A DNA stretch of 60,027 nt, counting the filler. It is 4 parts of 4 records of this genome, joined end to end, with 100 filler letters (N's around TTAATTAATTAA, not from the genome) between each part and the next. Parts side by side here need not be neighbours in the genome. Positions count along the whole stretch, not along the records: positions 19,444 to 42,798 come from SRR31156797_6626; 3 more parts are not named here. One strand, given 5' to 3'. A program made the translations under genes and the position numbers. Every line of letters starts with the position of its first letter. The first letter of the stretch is position 1. Below are positions 28,101 to 37,262 of the stretch, piece after piece. The notes beneath the pieces are model-generated. The model was not told where the DNA came from. It was given only the letters and a program-made list of their open reading frames with translations, and searched no databases.

Positions 28101-29002
28101 CCCTGGACGTCACGAATTCTTCCGCCTGTTCCGGTTTCCGCACCTGGGAAAGGTGCTACTCCTGTGGGAAAATTATGGGTTTCAGCAGTCAGCAGCGGGT
28201 GGTAGCGGACATCCACTTCTGTTAGCGGTGACGGTTCACCTGGTACCTTTGGGTGCAGTGTCTTGACAGGGTGACCGGTAATTACACTGGAGTTGTCCTT
28301 AAAAGCGATAATGCTGCCCTTGGGGTTGGCTTCCAGGGTGTCGGTAACCATGTCAAAAAGTGTTTTATTTTCCTCAACACCGTCAATAATTTGCTTGCCC
28401 CGGAAAAAACCGTGTCGTGAGTGTTCAGAGTTGGCATTGTTGAGGTCCATTATTTCAACAATGGTCGGGTTGCGGTCATGCTTCGTGACAAAATAGTCGT
28501 AGTAAAAGTTACGGTCCCATTCGTCCATGGAGATACCTGGTATTTCAAGCAGGCCGTCGGGACCTTTACTTTTCAGGTCTATTTCATACACGGGGTCGGG
28601 CATGATCCCTGTCTCAAAGGTGGTGAGGGGCTCGAGGTAGGCACATTCGGTCATACGGTCATGGTGGTCGTCAATAAATTGCTGTTGATTTTCTCCTTTT
28701 GGAACTACATAACGTCTGGAGCGCTCTACCCTTGTAACACATTCCAGATCAACCGCTTGGCATATGGAAACCATATTTGAAGACCAGGCAGTAGCAAAAT
28801 TTAGCCGGGGACCTATTTCAACGACCCTGTCGCCAATGAGTACCGGTTCAAGGGAGACTGTCTCGATAAGAAAGCCTTCAGCGAGAATCAGGCGCAGCTT
28901 GTGCAACTCGTCATCAGACATCGGCCGGGTGGATTCCACGTTATAACAGTGGGCAAAGGTGGTATCTATTTGTCTATAAAGCTGTGTAACGAGTGATCCC
29001 AT
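25190..29002 (-). CDS. purL: phosphoribosylformylglycinamidine synthase, large form
   Basis: NSEHSRH, ETHNFPT, GAETGTGGRIRD, GGKDSLSM, GICNGCQ, MMPHPER. Confidence 0.97.
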   Translation of the reverse strand: MGSLVTQLYRQIDTTFAHCYNVESTRPMSDDELHKLRLILAEGFLIETVSLEPVLIGDRVVEIGPRLNFATAWSSNMVSICQAVDLECVTRVERSRRYVVPKGENQQQFIDDHHDRMTECAYLEPLTTFETGIMPDPVYEIDLKSKGPDGLLEIPGISMDEWDRNFYYDYFVTKHDRNPTIVEIMDLNNANSEHSRHGFFRGKQIIDGVEENKTLFDMVTDTLEANPKGSIIAFKDNSSVITGHPVKTLHPKVPGEPSPLTEVDVRYHPLLTAETHNFPTGVAPFPGAETGTGGRIRDVQGTGKGGFVMAGTAGYCVANLHIPGYELEWEQSYPCPDNLAPALEIEIEASNGASDYGNKFGEPLIQGFTRSFDLRLDDGERWGFLKPIMFTAGIGQIDDCQTEKDEARPGMLIVQVGGPAYRVGFGGGAASSMLQGENASDLDFDAVQRGDAEMEQKMNRVIRACNEMGDKTLIDVIHDQGAGGPANVLKELVEHSGGKVDIRKIHIGDPTMSVLEIYVAEYQERTGFLISPENIDHFIRICNREKVGCEVLGEVTGDLRFVLHDSQNNTTPVDIELNELLGNIPQKEFIDNRNKSVFQPINIPESLTVRSALHKVLRLVSVGSKRFLTNKVDRAVTGLIARQQCCGPLQLPVSDVAVVAQSHFGLTGIATALGEQPIKMLVDPAAGARMAVGESLTNLVWAQIDDPEQIKCSANWMWAPKLPGEGAAMNDAVKAMRDAMIAVGMAVDGGKDSLSMATMVDNEIVKSPRELVISAYASMSDIRRVITPDIKHPGSTLVLIDLSGDRQRLGGSSLAQVLSSIGNKVPDMDNPTLVKNGFIAIQECIEKDLIHSGHDRSDGGLITTVLEMAFAGNCGLQLELPGKSSPLEQLFNEELGVVVECHDDSLPQLMELLNKKDVTGTVLGKTLADKTVTISCNNIPVLEEEMQLLRQWWEETSYQLERLQVNPDCADQEKESSYDRKGPTYYLPFSPVPTPDALLSKTNKPKVAILRDEGSNSDREMTSAFHAAGFEPWDICMNDLLEGRVTLDDFRGLAAVGGFSYADVPESAKGWAATILFNERMKKQFQQFYDRPDTFTLGICNGCQLFALLGWVPFQGLSPESQPRFIHNTSGRFESRWTTVKVMPSNAIMLKGMEKLVFGIHVDHGEGRLHFPDQEVLSKVNQDNLVPLVYVDDEGETTEAYPFNPNGSPGGFGGLCSPNGRHLAMMPHPERAFLPWQAHWLPAEMSELQVSPWLQMFQNAYAWCMEDTEK

Positions 29003-29381
29003 GATCTGGTGTCCTTTTCAGGCGCGGTTAGCGACTGACTGTGTTTAAATGTAAATAGAGTAGAGAAAAGTCCGGCACAATATATTTTGTGGAGTGCCTG
29101 CTTAATCGGGATATTTAATTTTATTGCGATTCTCTCCCTATTTATTCATTGTGAACCGAGCAGTAAAGTTTTTTTTTGTTTAATAATTATGGTGCCGCAG
29201 TTTTCACCGCGTCCCGAGTTACAGGATGGCTGGGCTGACTTATAAGTAGTTACTAGCTATACAAGCACAGCCAAGAATTTTTTGTGAAAAAAGCTGCACG
29301 TATCCTGAGAAGTTTTCTGTAAATATGTTGGACAATTCCTTTTTAGAACCATCGCTGTAAAAGTGGAGAGAAATTTAAAAA

Positions 29382-31847
29382 ATGAAAAATGGTAATTCGG
29401 AGCTGGAGCTTGCCAATGCCTTTGTCCAGTCTACAGGCTCCAACCTTTTTTTGACCGGTAAGGCTGGAACAGGCAAGACAACTTTTTTAAAAAATATCAA
29501 AGAAACGTGTCCGAAAAGGCTGATTGTTACGGCACCGACGGGAGTGGCGGCAATCAACGCTGGTGGGGTCACACTTCACTCTTTTTTTCAGATTCCTTTT
29601 GGGCCTTACGTGCCTGGCAGCGAAGGATATAATCAGAGTAGCAGGCATAGGTTCAGTAGAGAAAAACAGAATATTATCAAGAGTCTTGATCTATTGATTA
29701 TTGACGAGATAAGTATGGTGCGGGCAGATATGCTGGATGCTGTTGACGCTGTATTGCAACGTTATCGCCGTAATACTGTGCCATTTGGCGGTGTGCAATT
29801 GCTGGCGATCGGGGACCTGCAACAATTGGCTCCAGTGGTTAAGGAGAGTGATCGGGTCATCCTCGATCAATTTTATGAATCACCTTACTTCTTCAGTAGT
29901 AACAGTCTTCGTTCCACTCCATTTATCACCATTGAATTGAAGAAAATATACCGTCAGTCAGATGATCATTTTATTGAGTTGTTGAATAAGGTCCGGGATA
30001 GCAATCTTGATAAGGCTGCACAGGAGGAACTGAATAAACGGTACCAGGCTGATTTTCAGGCAGCAGATGCAAACGACTATATTACCCTTTGTACTCATAA
30101 TCGACAGGCTGATCGTATTAATGAGGTTCGACTGGAGGCCTTATCCGGCAGAGCGTACTCTTTTACTGCGGAAATCGATGGAGAGTTTCCTGAACATGCC
30201 TTTCCCACAGCTGCAACCTTGGACTTGAAGCAGGAGGCTCAGGTGATGTTTATTCGGAACGACCCAACACCTGAGAAACGTTTTTATAATGGGAAAATAG
30301 GCCGCATTGTCGCAATGGAAAATGACGAAATCACAGTGCAGTGTCCTGGCGATGCGTACCCGATTGTCATTAAGCCTTCAGTTTGGGAAAATATCGAATA
30401 TGTCCTGGATGTAGAAGAGGGTGAGGTCCGGGAAAAAAAGAAAGGCTCGTTTAGCCAACACCCTTTGCGGCTTGCCTGGGCAATTACTATCCATAAGAGT
30501 CAGGGGCTTACCTTTGAGAGAGCAATTATCGACGCACAGGCAGCTTTCGCCCATGGTCAGGTCTATGTCGCGCTGAGCCGCTGTCGTACTCTGGAAGGTG
30601 TGGTCCTCAGCTCTCCCCTTGCTGCCAAAAGTATACAAACCGATGCCGCGGTATTGAATTTTGTCCGCCAGGCAAGGGAGGAGCAGCCTACTCAGCAGCA
30701 GCTGGAGGTTGAAAAAACCAGGTATCAACAGCGGTTGCTGTTGGAGTGTTTTAATTTTCAACCTCTACGGTCTGTGCTGCATCGTTTTGTAAGTACTTTT
30801 GGTAAAGTTCGAACAAGCATTGTTGTTAAGGGGATGGATGACGTGCTGGGAATGTGCCAGCCAATATGGGATGAAATATGTACTGTCGGCGATAATTTCC
30901 AACGTCAGCTGCAAGGGCTCTTTCAGGAAGATTGCCTCCCAGAAAAAGATTCGGCCATTCTGGAAAGACTCAACAAGGCGTCGGGATATTTTGATGAAAA
31001 ACTTGTAACGCTGTTCATTACCCCTTTTCAACAGGTGAGTATCGAGACTGATAGTAAGGAAATTAAAAAAAATATTACCAATATCCTGAAACGATTGAAC
31101 AGCATCGGGGCTGAAAAATTAGCAGCCGTACAATCCTGTCGGGATGGCTTCTCGCCACAGCTATACCTGCGTAATATCTCAGCGGCTGCTGTTGAAGCAC
31201 CTCCTCAAAAAAAGCAGAAGTCCTCAGCGTTGTATCTGGAAAATGATGTGGCCCATCCAAAGTTGTTTGACGAACTCAAGCAGTGGCGGACTCAAAAGGC
31301 AGCTGAAGAAGGGGTAGCTGCCTACCAGGTGCTGCACCAGAAGACCCTGGTGCAGATAGCCGTATATTTACCGATCACTATCACTGATTTAAAGGCAATA
31401 AAGGGGATCGGCAACAAGTTGGCAGAGCGATATGGAGAAGAACTGGTAACGTTGATCAGTGATTATCGAAGGGAGCATGATGTGGAGGAGGTTGTCCTCC
31501 CTGCCATGCCGGAGGAAAAAAAAAGCGGGGAACCGCTGGGCAAGACCAAAGACCAGACCTTGTCTCTTTTTAAGCAAGGGTTAACGGTCGAGGAAATTGC
31601 TAAGAAGCGTTCTCTGACCAGATCAACCATAGAAGGGCACTTGGCTTTTTGGGTGACAGAGGGGAAGGTTGCTGTCAGCAGATTGGTTGCAGATGATAAA
31701 CGCGAGCAAATAGAAAAGGCACTGCAGCGGGAAGGGGGAACATCGTTTCGAGAAGTTAAAGATCTATTGGGTAAGGACTTTAGCTATGGAGAGATTAAAA
31801 TTGTCCAGGCATCCTTGAAGAGTCTGGATACCGTGGAAACGAGTTAA
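29382..31847 (+). CDS. PIF1/RecD-like SF1 helicase with HRDC and C-terminal HTH domains
   Basis: LTGKAGTGKT, IIDEISM, AWAITIHKSQGLT, GQVYVALSR; HRDC LKQWRTQKA..VAAYQV; TIEGHLA. Confidence 0.92.
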   Translation: MKNGNSELELANAFVQSTGSNLFLTGKAGTGKTTFLKNIKETCPKRLIVTAPTGVAAINAGGVTLHSFFQIPFGPYVPGSEGYNQSSRHRFSREKQNIIKSLDLLIIDEISMVRADMLDAVDAVLQRYRRNTVPFGGVQLLAIGDLQQLAPVVKESDRVILDQFYESPYFFSSNSLRSTPFITIELKKIYRQSDDHFIELLNKVRDSNLDKAAQEELNKRYQADFQAADANDYITLCTHNRQADRINEVRLEALSGRAYSFTAEIDGEFPEHAFPTAATLDLKQEAQVMFIRNDPTPEKRFYNGKIGRIVAMENDEITVQCPGDAYPIVIKPSVWENIEYVLDVEEGEVREKKKGSFSQHPLRLAWAITIHKSQGLTFERAIIDAQAAFAHGQVYVALSRCRTLEGVVLSSPLAAKSIQTDAAVLNFVRQAREEQPTQQQLEVEKTRYQQRLLLECFNFQPLRSVLHRFVSTFGKVRTSIVVKGMDDVLGMCQPIWDEICTVGDNFQRQLQGLFQEDCLPEKDSAILERLNKASGYFDEKLVTLFITPFQQVSIETDSKEIKKNITNILKRLNSIGAEKLAAVQSCRDGFSPQLYLRNISAAAVEAPPQKKQKSSALYLENDVAHPKLFDELKQWRTQKAAEEGVAAYQVLHQKTLVQIAVYLPITITDLKAIKGIGNKLAERYGEELVTLISDYRREHDVEEVVLPAMPEEKKSGEPLGKTKDQTLSLFKQGLTVEEIAKKRSLTRSTIEGHLAFWVTEGKVAVSRLVADDKREQIEKALQREGGTSFREVKDLLGKDFSYGEIKIVQASLKSLDTVETS

Positions 31848-31867
31848 GAAAAATAAGAGAGGTAAAC

Positions 31868-32518
31868 GTGATGTTAAAGGCAGACAAGAAGAGAAATAGT
31901 ATCAGCAGCTGGCTCATTGTTTTGTGCCTTTTTTTTGCTCAAAACACTTTTGCTGCAAGTACAGTGTCACCTGAAAAATCTTTAAAGATTAAAAATATAG
32001 CCCCACATGAAAAGGTCGAAGAGAGCATTGTGCCAGGCTTGCTCCCTCTTTATTACCTGGATTTTTTTAAACGTGATCTCAAATATCTGCCGCAAGAAAA
32101 TTCGCAAAAATATCCTTCTTTTGGAGGTGAAGCTATCCTTGAACTTAATCATAAATTTGGCAGGGGAGAGGTCTTTGGCAGCGGCAAGAAGCAAGGAGTC
32201 GGAATGCGTTTAAAGGGCTATCTGTTGTTTGATGAGCAAGGGGAGTACAGCTTGCAGGCCATGTCCAATGATGGAATTATTTTGCGAATTGATGGAGTGC
32301 AGGTTCTCAGTGATCCCAAGCAGCATTCGGATCGACTGACTGAAATGGCCCAGATTGTGATCACGCGTCCCGGCTGGTATCCAGTGGTGGTTGAATATTT
32401 TCAACGCAAAGGAACCGCTACCTTGCAGTTAATGTGGAAAACGCCTGGTTCCAATATAGTGGAGCAGGTGCCTGCAGCTGCATATGGTCATGTCAGTTCG
32501 GCAGAGAAAGGGGATTGA
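31868..32518 (+). CDS. exported PA14-domain protein
   Basis: signal peptide; GEYSLQAMSNDGIILRIDG, GWYPVVVEYFQ, LQLMWKTP. Confidence 0.8.
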   Translation: MMLKADKKRNSISSWLIVLCLFFAQNTFAASTVSPEKSLKIKNIAPHEKVEESIVPGLLPLYYLDFFKRDLKYLPQENSQKYPSFGGEAILELNHKFGRGEVFGSGKKQGVGMRLKGYLLFDEQGEYSLQAMSNDGIILRIDGVQVLSDPKQHSDRLTEMAQIVITRPGWYPVVVEYFQRKGTATLQLMWKTPGSNIVEQVPAAAYGHVSSAEKGD

Positions 32519-32560
32519 GGAACTCTTCATCGAGTAAATAATAACCTCGCTTTATATTAT

Positions 32561-32920
32561 TTATCCGCCAGCCAGTTTTGCCTTGTAGCCGAGTTTGGCC
32601 AAAGCATCGACTAGTGTCTGCCGGTGGTCTCCCTGGATTTCGATGGTGCCGTTTTTGGCCGTCCCGCCGGAACCGCATTTTTGTTTGAGTTGTTTGGCTA
32701 GTTTTTTAAGAGCCGCATCGTCTAAGGGGATACCACTGATGATGCTGACCCCGGCTCCTTTACGACCCTTTGTCTGTCTGCTCACTCGAATTTGACCGTC
32801 CCCCGGCAGTGAGCTTTTTTGCTTGCTGCAGGAGCATTGTTTAACAGGGTGACCGCATTGTGGGCAGGTGCGACCTTTGTCGGTTGAGTAGACCAAGCCG
32901 TAGTTTTTTGTTTTTGTCAT
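32561..32920 (-). CDS. yciH: SUI1/YciH translation factor homologue
   Basis: LVYSTD.G, GRKGAGV, LKQKCGSGGT, IEIQGD. Confidence 0.92.
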   Translation of the reverse strand: MTKTKNYGLVYSTDKGRTCPQCGHPVKQCSCSKQKSSLPGDGQIRVSRQTKGRKGAGVSIISGIPLDDAALKKLAKQLKQKCGSGGTAKNGTIEIQGDHRQTLVDALAKLGYKAKLAGG

Positions 32921-32977
32921 TGAGGGGTTACTTCCTATGGGGAATTTTTAATAATGAACTTGAGTTGCAAGCCGAGC

Positions 32978-33283
32978 TTATTTGCTATCTAGTATTTCTC
33001 TCACTATCTTACCAAGAGTGTTGACAGCATACGGCTTTTGAATAAAGGTTTTTACACCATGTTTCAATGCCTCCTGTGCTGTTCCATCCTCAGAATACCC
33101 GCTCGCAAGAATGATTTTGATATCAGGGCAGAGAGCAAACAGTTGTTTAGCCGTTTCCAACCCGGATATACCTGGATCCATAATCATATCGAGGATAACG
33201 AGATCCACAAACTCTTCTTTTAAGTATTCAATGGCCTTTTCTCCGCTGCTTAAGGCTAGAGCATCATAATCAAGCCCTTGCAA
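32978..33283 (-). pseudogene. C-terminal receiver (REC) domain fragment
   Basis: DLVILDMIMDPGISG, ILASGY, FIQKPY; lacks the N-terminal strand with the acidic pair. Confidence 0.7.
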
Positions 33284-33812
33284 GCTCTATAACATCAAGG
33301 CCGCTTTGCATCATTGTGCTGACTGGCAACAGAAAGCTAGAAGCTGAACCTCGATCCTCAAAAGCAATTTTTTTACCTGAAAGATCTTTTAGAGTAGAAA
33401 TACCGCTATCTTTTCTGGTTATAAAAAGGGTGTGGTACTTGCTACCCCCTTTTTTCCAGCGTAAAAGTATAATTTCGGCACCAGCTTTTTTTTCAAAAAT
33501 GGCAGTTGAAAATGGTGTTTCTGTTATCCAATCGATCTTGCCCTGTTTCAAAAAATTGACAACTTGTCGATTATTTTTAGCAAATTGAATTTTCCCCTGG
33601 GTTATGCCAAGATGACCAAGTTTGCTGACAGCGTAGTCGAGAATGGGTTTAAGCTGTTTGTAATGTTTTTGGGGTTTTTCAGATACCCTGCATAATATCA
33701 GGGTTTTTTTACGGTCTGAAGCGGTAGCTTGGTCATCGGCTGTAAAACCAAATTTTCCATTTGAAATGGTAATCAAAAATACAGTGAAAAATATGAGGAT
33801 ATTTTTCTTCAT
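33270..33812 (-). pseudogene. truncated PhnD/phosphonate-binding-type periplasmic domain
   Basis: signal peptide; YHTLFITRKDSGISTLKDLSGKKIAFEDRGSAS; ends mid-domain at 180 aa. Confidence 0.65.
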
Positions 33813-34188
33813 TGCATTTACCTTTCTATCTGAAGTAGCAGGGGCTCTGTTGCAGTAGGAGAAAGTATCATTTTGTATAATTTAAGGGAGAAGAGCAACT
33901 TGTTTTTCCAGTAGCAGCTTGTTGAAAAAATGAAATCTCTCTGCCTTAAATCTTACCATGTGCTTTTTTCGGTTTTAGTACCAGTTTTGAGCTGATTTAG
34001 GCTCCTGATTAAAACCAGACAATTTAATATACGAAAAGGCTGAGGTTTGGCTGGTAATGGCCTTTATTTAAGCACTCTCCTGTGGGAGGAAGCTGAACTG
34101 ATGAGAAATACGAGCTCGATAGTAAGGGACATGTAACGGTTGGGGATACTATTTCCCATCTTCTCTTCTCTGTAAGATACTCAAAGGA

Positions 34189-35046
34189 ATGTCACGGAAG
34201 AAAATGAACACAGCACTGACGGATGTCTTAAAAACTGCACAACTTTTTTCTTTGCCCGATGTTTATCTGCGCTTGAAAGCTATTCTGGACGAGCCTGATT
34301 ATGCAATGGAAGACGTTGCCGTTGTAATCACCCATGATCCTTCGATGACGCTGCGACTGTTACGCATTGTTAACAGCTCTCTTCATGGTTTCAGTCATCA
34401 AATTGATACTGTTAGCCGTGCCATCACTTTGCTCGGTTCCCAGCAGGTGCATGATATCGTTTTGGCCACCTCGATAGCGCAGGCGTTTAAAGGGATTCCT
34501 AAAGATGTGATGGATGTGGGGAAATTCTGGAGACGCAGTGTTTACTGTGCCGTTACCTGCAGGCATTTAGCCCAGCGATGCGGATTCCCAAGTAAGGAAA
34601 GGCTCTTTGTTGCTGGGCTCCTCTGCGATATCGGGCACCTCATCATTTATCAAACTATTCCTGATGTTTCTTGGAAGACTCTGCAGGAAATGAAGCATTC
34701 AGGGAAAACCATTGTCGACATCGAACAGGGACTGCTTGGGTTTGATTATACACGCGTTGGTGCGTTGCTCATGGAGCAGTGGAATCTTTCCGAAAGTCTC
34801 AAAGAAACGACCAAATTTCATGCCCAACCGGGTAAAGCGGAGCAATACCCGCTTGAAACCGCGCTTGTCCACATTGGTTTGCAAATGACCCGGGCCAATG
34901 ACGGGGAAGGTGTGTTTGACGAGGCAGGACTAACTGTAGCTCCATCGGCATGGGAGCGAACCGGATTAACTCCCGAGGACTGCATCGACCTCTATGAAGA
35001 GATTGGAAAGGATGTTCGAGTGGCAATGGGGCTTATTTTTTTATAA
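34189..35046 (+). CDS. HDOD domain protein
   Basis: SLPDVY, DPSMTLRLLRIVNS, FWRRS, LFVAGLLCDIG, WNLSE. Confidence 0.9.
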   Translation: MSRKKMNTALTDVLKTAQLFSLPDVYLRLKAILDEPDYAMEDVAVVITHDPSMTLRLLRIVNSSLHGFSHQIDTVSRAITLLGSQQVHDIVLATSIAQAFKGIPKDVMDVGKFWRRSVYCAVTCRHLAQRCGFPSKERLFVAGLLCDIGHLIIYQTIPDVSWKTLQEMKHSGKTIVDIEQGLLGFDYTRVGALLMEQWNLSESLKETTKFHAQPGKAEQYPLETALVHIGLQMTRANDGEGVFDEAGLTVAPSAWERTGLTPEDCIDLYEEIGKDVRVAMGLIFL

Positions 35047-35267
35047 TCCTGTCTTGCGCAAAGCAGCCGATGGGTTTTATCAGCAGAATTTATATTAATG
35101 AGCTCCGCTTGTGAGTACACAATGAATACCTGGCTTGCCCGGTTCAATAAGCAGGGGACTTTTACAGCCTGCTATGCACAAGAACACCGCCAGAGTAATG
35201 CTGCAAACCATGAAGGAACTGTTGCGCAGTAAAGATAATGGATGCCTGAAGAATGGAATTCGTTATC

Positions 35268-36839
35268 TCACCGTTGTTTATTATAATTATGTTCGACCTG
35301 TAGTGCTTGGGGTTTAATCGCATCGCGATGAAATGATGGGTGAAAAAAGGGTGCATGGTTGGAAGAAAAAAATGGTGGGTCTCTGTGCACAATCGGGGCT
35401 ATGTTTGGATGGCGTTTGAATTCTTTGTCAAGGAAGGAGCGGATGTTTTTTCTATTCCATCCTTTTGGGTGACTGAAGTTGCAATACAGGGAGAGGTCGC
35501 CTTCGTAGAAGTCATCGACCCTGACGGTTTGTGCATCCAGACCAAAAATGGGCATGTTAAAGATGGCCAGGTTAAGAAAGGTAATGGCGCTATGGTGCCG
35601 GGCTGTGAAGGCCAGGGTGTCCCTGGCTTCCGGGAGTGATTCACTGGGCGTGCCGAATAAGAGGTAAACATATGTTGCAATCCCTGCCTGTTCAAGAGCA
35701 CACAGCGTCTGGGAAACCAGCTCAAGGGTGATGCCTTTATGCATGGTGTTGAGTACCTGCTGGTTGCCTGATTCTAATCCCAACTTGAGCATGACGCAGC
35801 CGGATTGTCGTAATTTCTTGCAGTACTCGGGGTCTGCGAGATATGGGGCAACCCGTGCAAAACCATACCAGGGAACCCCGGTTGGGCGGTCGATGAGTAT
35901 GTTCATCAGTGCCGGAGAGAGAGCGTTGTCAAGAAAATGGAACAGGGCTGGGTGGTGCTGTTGGTTGAGGTGTTCCAGGTCGGAGGCTATCTGGTTGGGT
36001 GGGATTTGATGGTAATGGTTGCCTTCAGCAACTTCAGGGCAGAATGAGCATTTGTTCCAGTAGCAGCCAGATGAGGCTGCATAGGGCATGACAGTCCCTG
36101 GTGAAAGGTAGTTTGTAAGGGTGAGTTTTGTATAATCAGGCGGTGCCGCAGTTTTGTACTCAGTATTAAGCAGCTTGAGCAAAGGAGCCTCTCCTCTGCC
36201 TGTTACCCAGTGATCCACCAGATCTGCAAAGGGATTTTTCCATCCGGGCTGACTTAGCCAGGAGGTGACCAGTCCACCACCTACAATGATGGTTACATCT
36301 GGGAAGCATTCCCGTATAAAGCCTATCATGGCAAAGGTGGTATTTGCCTGGCTCAGGTAATTGAGTGAAAAACCAACATGGGTAAAGGAGTGGTCTGCAA
36401 AGAGTTGCTCAAGCCGTTGTTTGAAGTAGGGAAAATAGATGTTGTGTTGGTAGATTGTCGCTGCAGTGCGGAGGTCATTGCTGCGAAGCGGGGAAACTCT
36501 CTGGTCCTGGTAATTTACAAGGCTGAGTGAGATTTCTTTTTGTGGAACGGATTGTTCCATAACTCGGTTCAGATCACGAACAACCCTTTGGTAGCGATCC
36601 TGATTGCTGAATAGGGAAAGATCTTGTAAGGCATCGATATTTTGACTGAGATTGCGTTCAGCCCGTTTTGACCACGTATCTTCAGGAATGCGGTCGCGTT
36701 CGGTGAGGTAGTGCAAGCCTTCGATGTTGGCATCAAGTATATCGCACCTCTGTCCATGGGCTTTCAGTGTACCTGCCAACTGGGCGATGCCTGCAGGCGG
36801 TTCTCCTGGTTTAGCAACAGGCGGATAGATAAGGAGCAT
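35268..36839 (-). CDS. B12-binding-type radical SAM protein
   Basis: LLIYPP..EPPAGIA N-terminus, IIVGGG, GCYWNKCSFC (CX3CX2C), GLESG, YLLFGTPSE. Confidence 0.9.
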   Translation of the reverse strand: MLLIYPPVAKPGEPPAGIAQLAGTLKAHGQRCDILDANIEGLHYLTERDRIPEDTWSKRAERNLSQNIDALQDLSLFSNQDRYQRVVRDLNRVMEQSVPQKEISLSLVNYQDQRVSPLRSNDLRTAATIYQHNIYFPYFKQRLEQLFADHSFTHVGFSLNYLSQANTTFAMIGFIRECFPDVTIIVGGGLVTSWLSQPGWKNPFADLVDHWVTGRGEAPLLKLLNTEYKTAAPPDYTKLTLTNYLSPGTVMPYAASSGCYWNKCSFCPEVAEGNHYHQIPPNQIASDLEHLNQQHHPALFHFLDNALSPALMNILIDRPTGVPWYGFARVAPYLADPEYCKKLRQSGCVMLKLGLESGNQQVLNTMHKGITLELVSQTLCALEQAGIATYVYLLFGTPSESLPEARDTLAFTARHHSAITFLNLAIFNMPIFGLDAQTVRVDDFYEGDLSLYCNFSHPKGWNRKNIRSFLDKEFKRHPNIAPIVHRDPPFFSSNHAPFFHPSFHRDAIKPQALQVEHNYNKQR

Positions 36840-36886
36840 GTGTGTAATGATGGTGTTGTTTTAACAACCGTAAAAAAGAAAACTGT

Positions 36887-37249
36887 TCAGGCTTGTTCTG
36901 TCGGCAATCCCATTTCATGCCATTTGTCAACGCCTTGTGGATAGCGAAAAAGGTTCGTATAGCCAATTTGTGCGGCCACCCGGGCCGTGAATATGCTTCG
37001 TATTCACGAAGGACCGTCTCAGTAAAAAGCGATAGGTCGATTGAGATCAGGGCCAAGCAGGGTCCGTAAAGATCTCTTTCTCAGTAATTTACTCCACCAA
37101 GTGGGCTTCATCGGAAAAGATGCCGCCCCCTTAATATGCCTTTGCAGGTACTTCACACTATCGCGAAGATCAACAATCAGCAGCTTTTTATCCTGAAGCT
37201 GTCGGGCATGGAGTGTTTCTGCAGCGATGTCATTATAAAATTGTTCCAT
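36887..37249 (-). CDS. candidate double-selenocysteine rhodanese, 120 aa (FY-U-DGPS-U-IRS)
   Basis: IVDLRD..Y..RHIKGA; in-frame TGA at 37019-37021 and 37004-37006; frame continues AAQIGYTNLFRYPQGVDKWHEMGLPTEQA*. Confidence 0.82.
36973..36987 (-). promoter_or_regulatory. candidate bacterial SECIS apical hairpin
   Basis: minus strand CGGCC-CGGGT-GGCCG; loop starts 21 nt after UGA2 and 36 nt after UGA1, with G at loop position 2. Confidence 0.5.
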
Positions 37250-37262
37250 AAGCACTTCGACG

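Noticed and set aside
29003-29381. Purine or ZTP riboswitch upstream of purL
   Set aside because: No consensus elements found on the minus strand.
34097-34125. CTGATGAG...CTCGATA as a hammerhead ribozyme core
   Set aside because: The required GAAA is GATA, and I could not build stems I and III.
36887-36889. Third TGA of the rhodanese as another Sec
   Set aside because: It follows the normal rhodanese C-terminal W..GLP.E motif, and read-through would run into the next gene; treated as the true stop.
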